A DNA stretch of 64,000 nucleotides from Anthoceros angustus (Eukaryota; Plantae; Anthocerotophyta), in contig VJWM01000108.1 of NCBI GenBank assembly GCA_010909165.1, positions 186,001-250,000 of the forward strand. The letters are read 5' to 3'. A model generated the notes under the pieces. It was not told the DNA's origin, searched no databases, and was given only the letters and a program-made list of their open reading frames with translations. Every line of letters starts with the position of its first letter. The stretch's first letter is position 1. Shown piece by piece: positions 61,592 to 64,000 of the stretch. The position numbers and the translations under genes were made by a program.

Positions 61592-63479
61592 GCTCCCGAA
61601 TTCTTAGTATTGGCTTCTGCTCAAAGCCCCAGATAAAACATCGCACATAGTTCCTCCGAAGGTCCGCTACGTTGTTTTTAGGGCATGAGCAATGGCACTC
61701 TGCACAAGTCAAAATGGGATGTACATCCTTCATATACTTCATCCTTCATTTTGAAAAGGAATGGTTTCAGTCTTGCTTAGCGCATAGCTTCAGGATGGGT
61801 CTCATCCCTACCCTGTGTATGGCACTGCGACCATGTCCGCCGATACATGCACGAGGTCGACTGAACCGGCTGCGATTCCATGCCTTGATTCGTTTCTGAT
61901 GGCCTGCATCTTTTGTGCCTGCTCCCACATCCGGGCACCCGTGTACAGACATATTGGACGTCCACACATATGCTGCAGCATCGGTCTTGTCTATAGTTTG
62001 AGTGCTTGGTCAGTTAAGCAAGGCGTCGCACCTCCGACCTTACGTCGTTGATGGGGAGCTTCAAATTTGAAGCGTTTGTTTTAGCTTTTGTTGTATATCT
62101 TGTATAGGATATGGGCTAGGGGTAGGGCAGGGGGCTTCCCACTCTTTCCAGCTATGGTAATATGCATGCCGTCGTCCACTGCGGGATGTTCGTCTTCACC
62201 TGTGATGAGGAAGCAGAAGCATGTGCAGGCAAAGGTTGTTCTTAACTGTAACGATTCGAGATGTCACGATGCGTTCAATTTTGGAACCACATTCTTCCCT
62301 GTTCCTTGGACCAGTCCTCTAGATGTTGTCACTTTTCACCTTAAACAGCAGGCCTAGGCTAATGATACTCTCCACGCTTGAAATTGGCTCTTGACCACGC
62401 TTTCACGAGGGTGATAGCATGCGTAGGTGCATAATCTGAAGCTGGCAAGTGTACATCTCCAGCCTTGTACGTGTTGTATTCTGTAGCATTTTGCATGTTG
62501 TTGACGACTCCACGTCCTCACATGTTTGTCCCCCTTCCCAGGACATTTTGGGGCAGCATACATTTTGAACCAAGCCCCGTCCTCCTGACCTTTCCAGCCT
62601 CACCCAATTGACGTATCTGCTGGAACCCTGATCTCCTGAGAACTTGCAGGAACGTGCGCGATACGTTTCTATTCTTCGGCCTCGCATCATCCAACAGCAA
62701 TTTGACAAACAGAATGTCCTGTGAGTAAATGTTGTGGCACTACATGTAGTGGTGTGACCATTCCACGTGGATTTTCTGAACTTTGCCTGGTCAGTAAGGA
62801 CTGGAACCAACAGACAGTTTGTGAGCATTCCATGCTCAACTCAGGCAGCTGTACAGCAACCAGCGCACAGGACGGATTCCTAACTCTTGGAGGGCATTGA
62901 GAACCTGTTTGACTATTGTCTTTGCTGCACTTCTTGGGGACCTCAGACGAGGTGCTATGGACATATCAAAGGGGCAAAAGTTTTAGGAAAGGATGAAACC
63001 AAAGAGAAAGCTTTCTTTGATTCTTTCACATTCGCAGGCAAGTTCGAATCAGCATGTGCTACGCACTCCACCTGCTGGTTGTGGCTGTGTCCACCATCGC
63101 AATCACAGTGCCGTTGTCGGCCAGAAGAGATTTGATTTGTAGGCCCTGATCCCAGCTGGAGACGAGGCGCGCGTGTTTGGAGTCGGCGTCTTCGGTTCCC
63201 TCTTTTGCAATCCAGTAGAAACCTAAACTCGCATTGTTGGCTGAGCTATTGTAGCAGGTAGGAACGGAAACAGCCTGTGCATTGGCTTCTGCAAGCTGGA
63301 AGGTGGGATGATCTGGTATGCCAAGACCAGAATAACCCAACATGCGCAGTTCATCCTGGATATGTCGGTCAAATGGGACCCAAAATGCATTGAGATTGAA
63401 GGGAGACGGTCCTTTAGTCATCATCTGATGCGGACAATTCTATCTACGGGATACTTCTTGAGTCCAGAAGCATCGTCTT

Positions 63480-64000
63480 CAAAGGATAAGCAGCAACGGA
63501 ATCAGGCTGCCAAGCCGACCAGTACCTTAAAAGTCTTGGTTTCGTCCAGAATCCCGCTGATGCAAATGTCTACCTCTAGCAGAAAGGATCACACTTCATA
63601 GTGCTCGCCCTGTACGTAGATGATGCGATCTTAGTCTCAAATGATGATCAGCTTCTAGAATATGTTGAAAGCATGTTACGTCAGGGGTTTGACATGAAGG
63701 ATATAGGAGAACTTACCTTTGTTCTAGGTGTTCACACTCGTCACATGGACACAGCTATGTTTTTTTTCAATCGCCTCCTCAGCTTGCGCGTTCCATCGGC
63801 TTGAAGCACGAAGGCTGCTTATCTGAAGCTTGGGGCCTGCTTACAGTCAATCCCTAACCATGCAAGGTTAAGGGGGTGTGTCAGGAGATTGTTAACCTAG
63901 CCTAGTTAGGTGTCTGATGTGAAACGACGTACACACACACTTCTGCTCATAACGTTTTCCTAAACCCTGAACCAAACATTCTCTTCTGAACTCGCTCTTG
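63480..64000 (+). mobile_element. Internally deleted copia: RT fragment, PPT and start of a 3' LTR
   Basis: LALYVDDAILVSNDDQLLEYVESML...FDMKDIGELTFVLG is close to the copy D RT. PPT AAGGGGGTG (63870-63878, same as copy D) is followed by TGTCAGG. Confidence 0.8.

Noticed and set aside
61377-61742. Gly-rich GAGGEGGAP-repeat, collagen-like ORF
   Set aside because: It is an alternative frame of the 27-bp repeat. The other frame continues into a clear F-box.

Overview
Nuclear DNA from a seed-free land plant. Short GT-AG introns, many PLS-class PPR relics and a sperm-tail SHIPPO-repeat gene point to a hornwort or lycophyte; the species cannot be fixed from sequence alone. Conserved genes: LHCA3, a 24-repeat SHIPPO/ODF3-like protein, an intronless divergent SKP1-like ORF, an 11S/legumin-like bicupin, two F-box genes, UBP25 and an aldo-keto reductase. 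About 17-40 kb is a nested transposon cluster: several short-LTR Ty1/copia elements, two CACTA termini, and a tandem array of a Ty3/gypsy element with an extra 3' ORF. There are also PPR, F-box and NOM1 relics and a CRE-type non-LTR RT fragment. The assembly seems to carry single-base deletions in short homopolymers (three within ~75 bp of LHCA3), so frameshift-only pseudogene calls are unreliable. Most interesting: (1) the SHIPPO protein is built as 4 x 6 repeats; (2) the divergent SKP1-like ORF; (3) a copia Gag with an FG/GF-rich N-terminal extension; (4) an F-box whose first helix is tandemly amplified 7 times. All motif assignments were made by eye without database searches, and many TE and relic boundaries are approximate.
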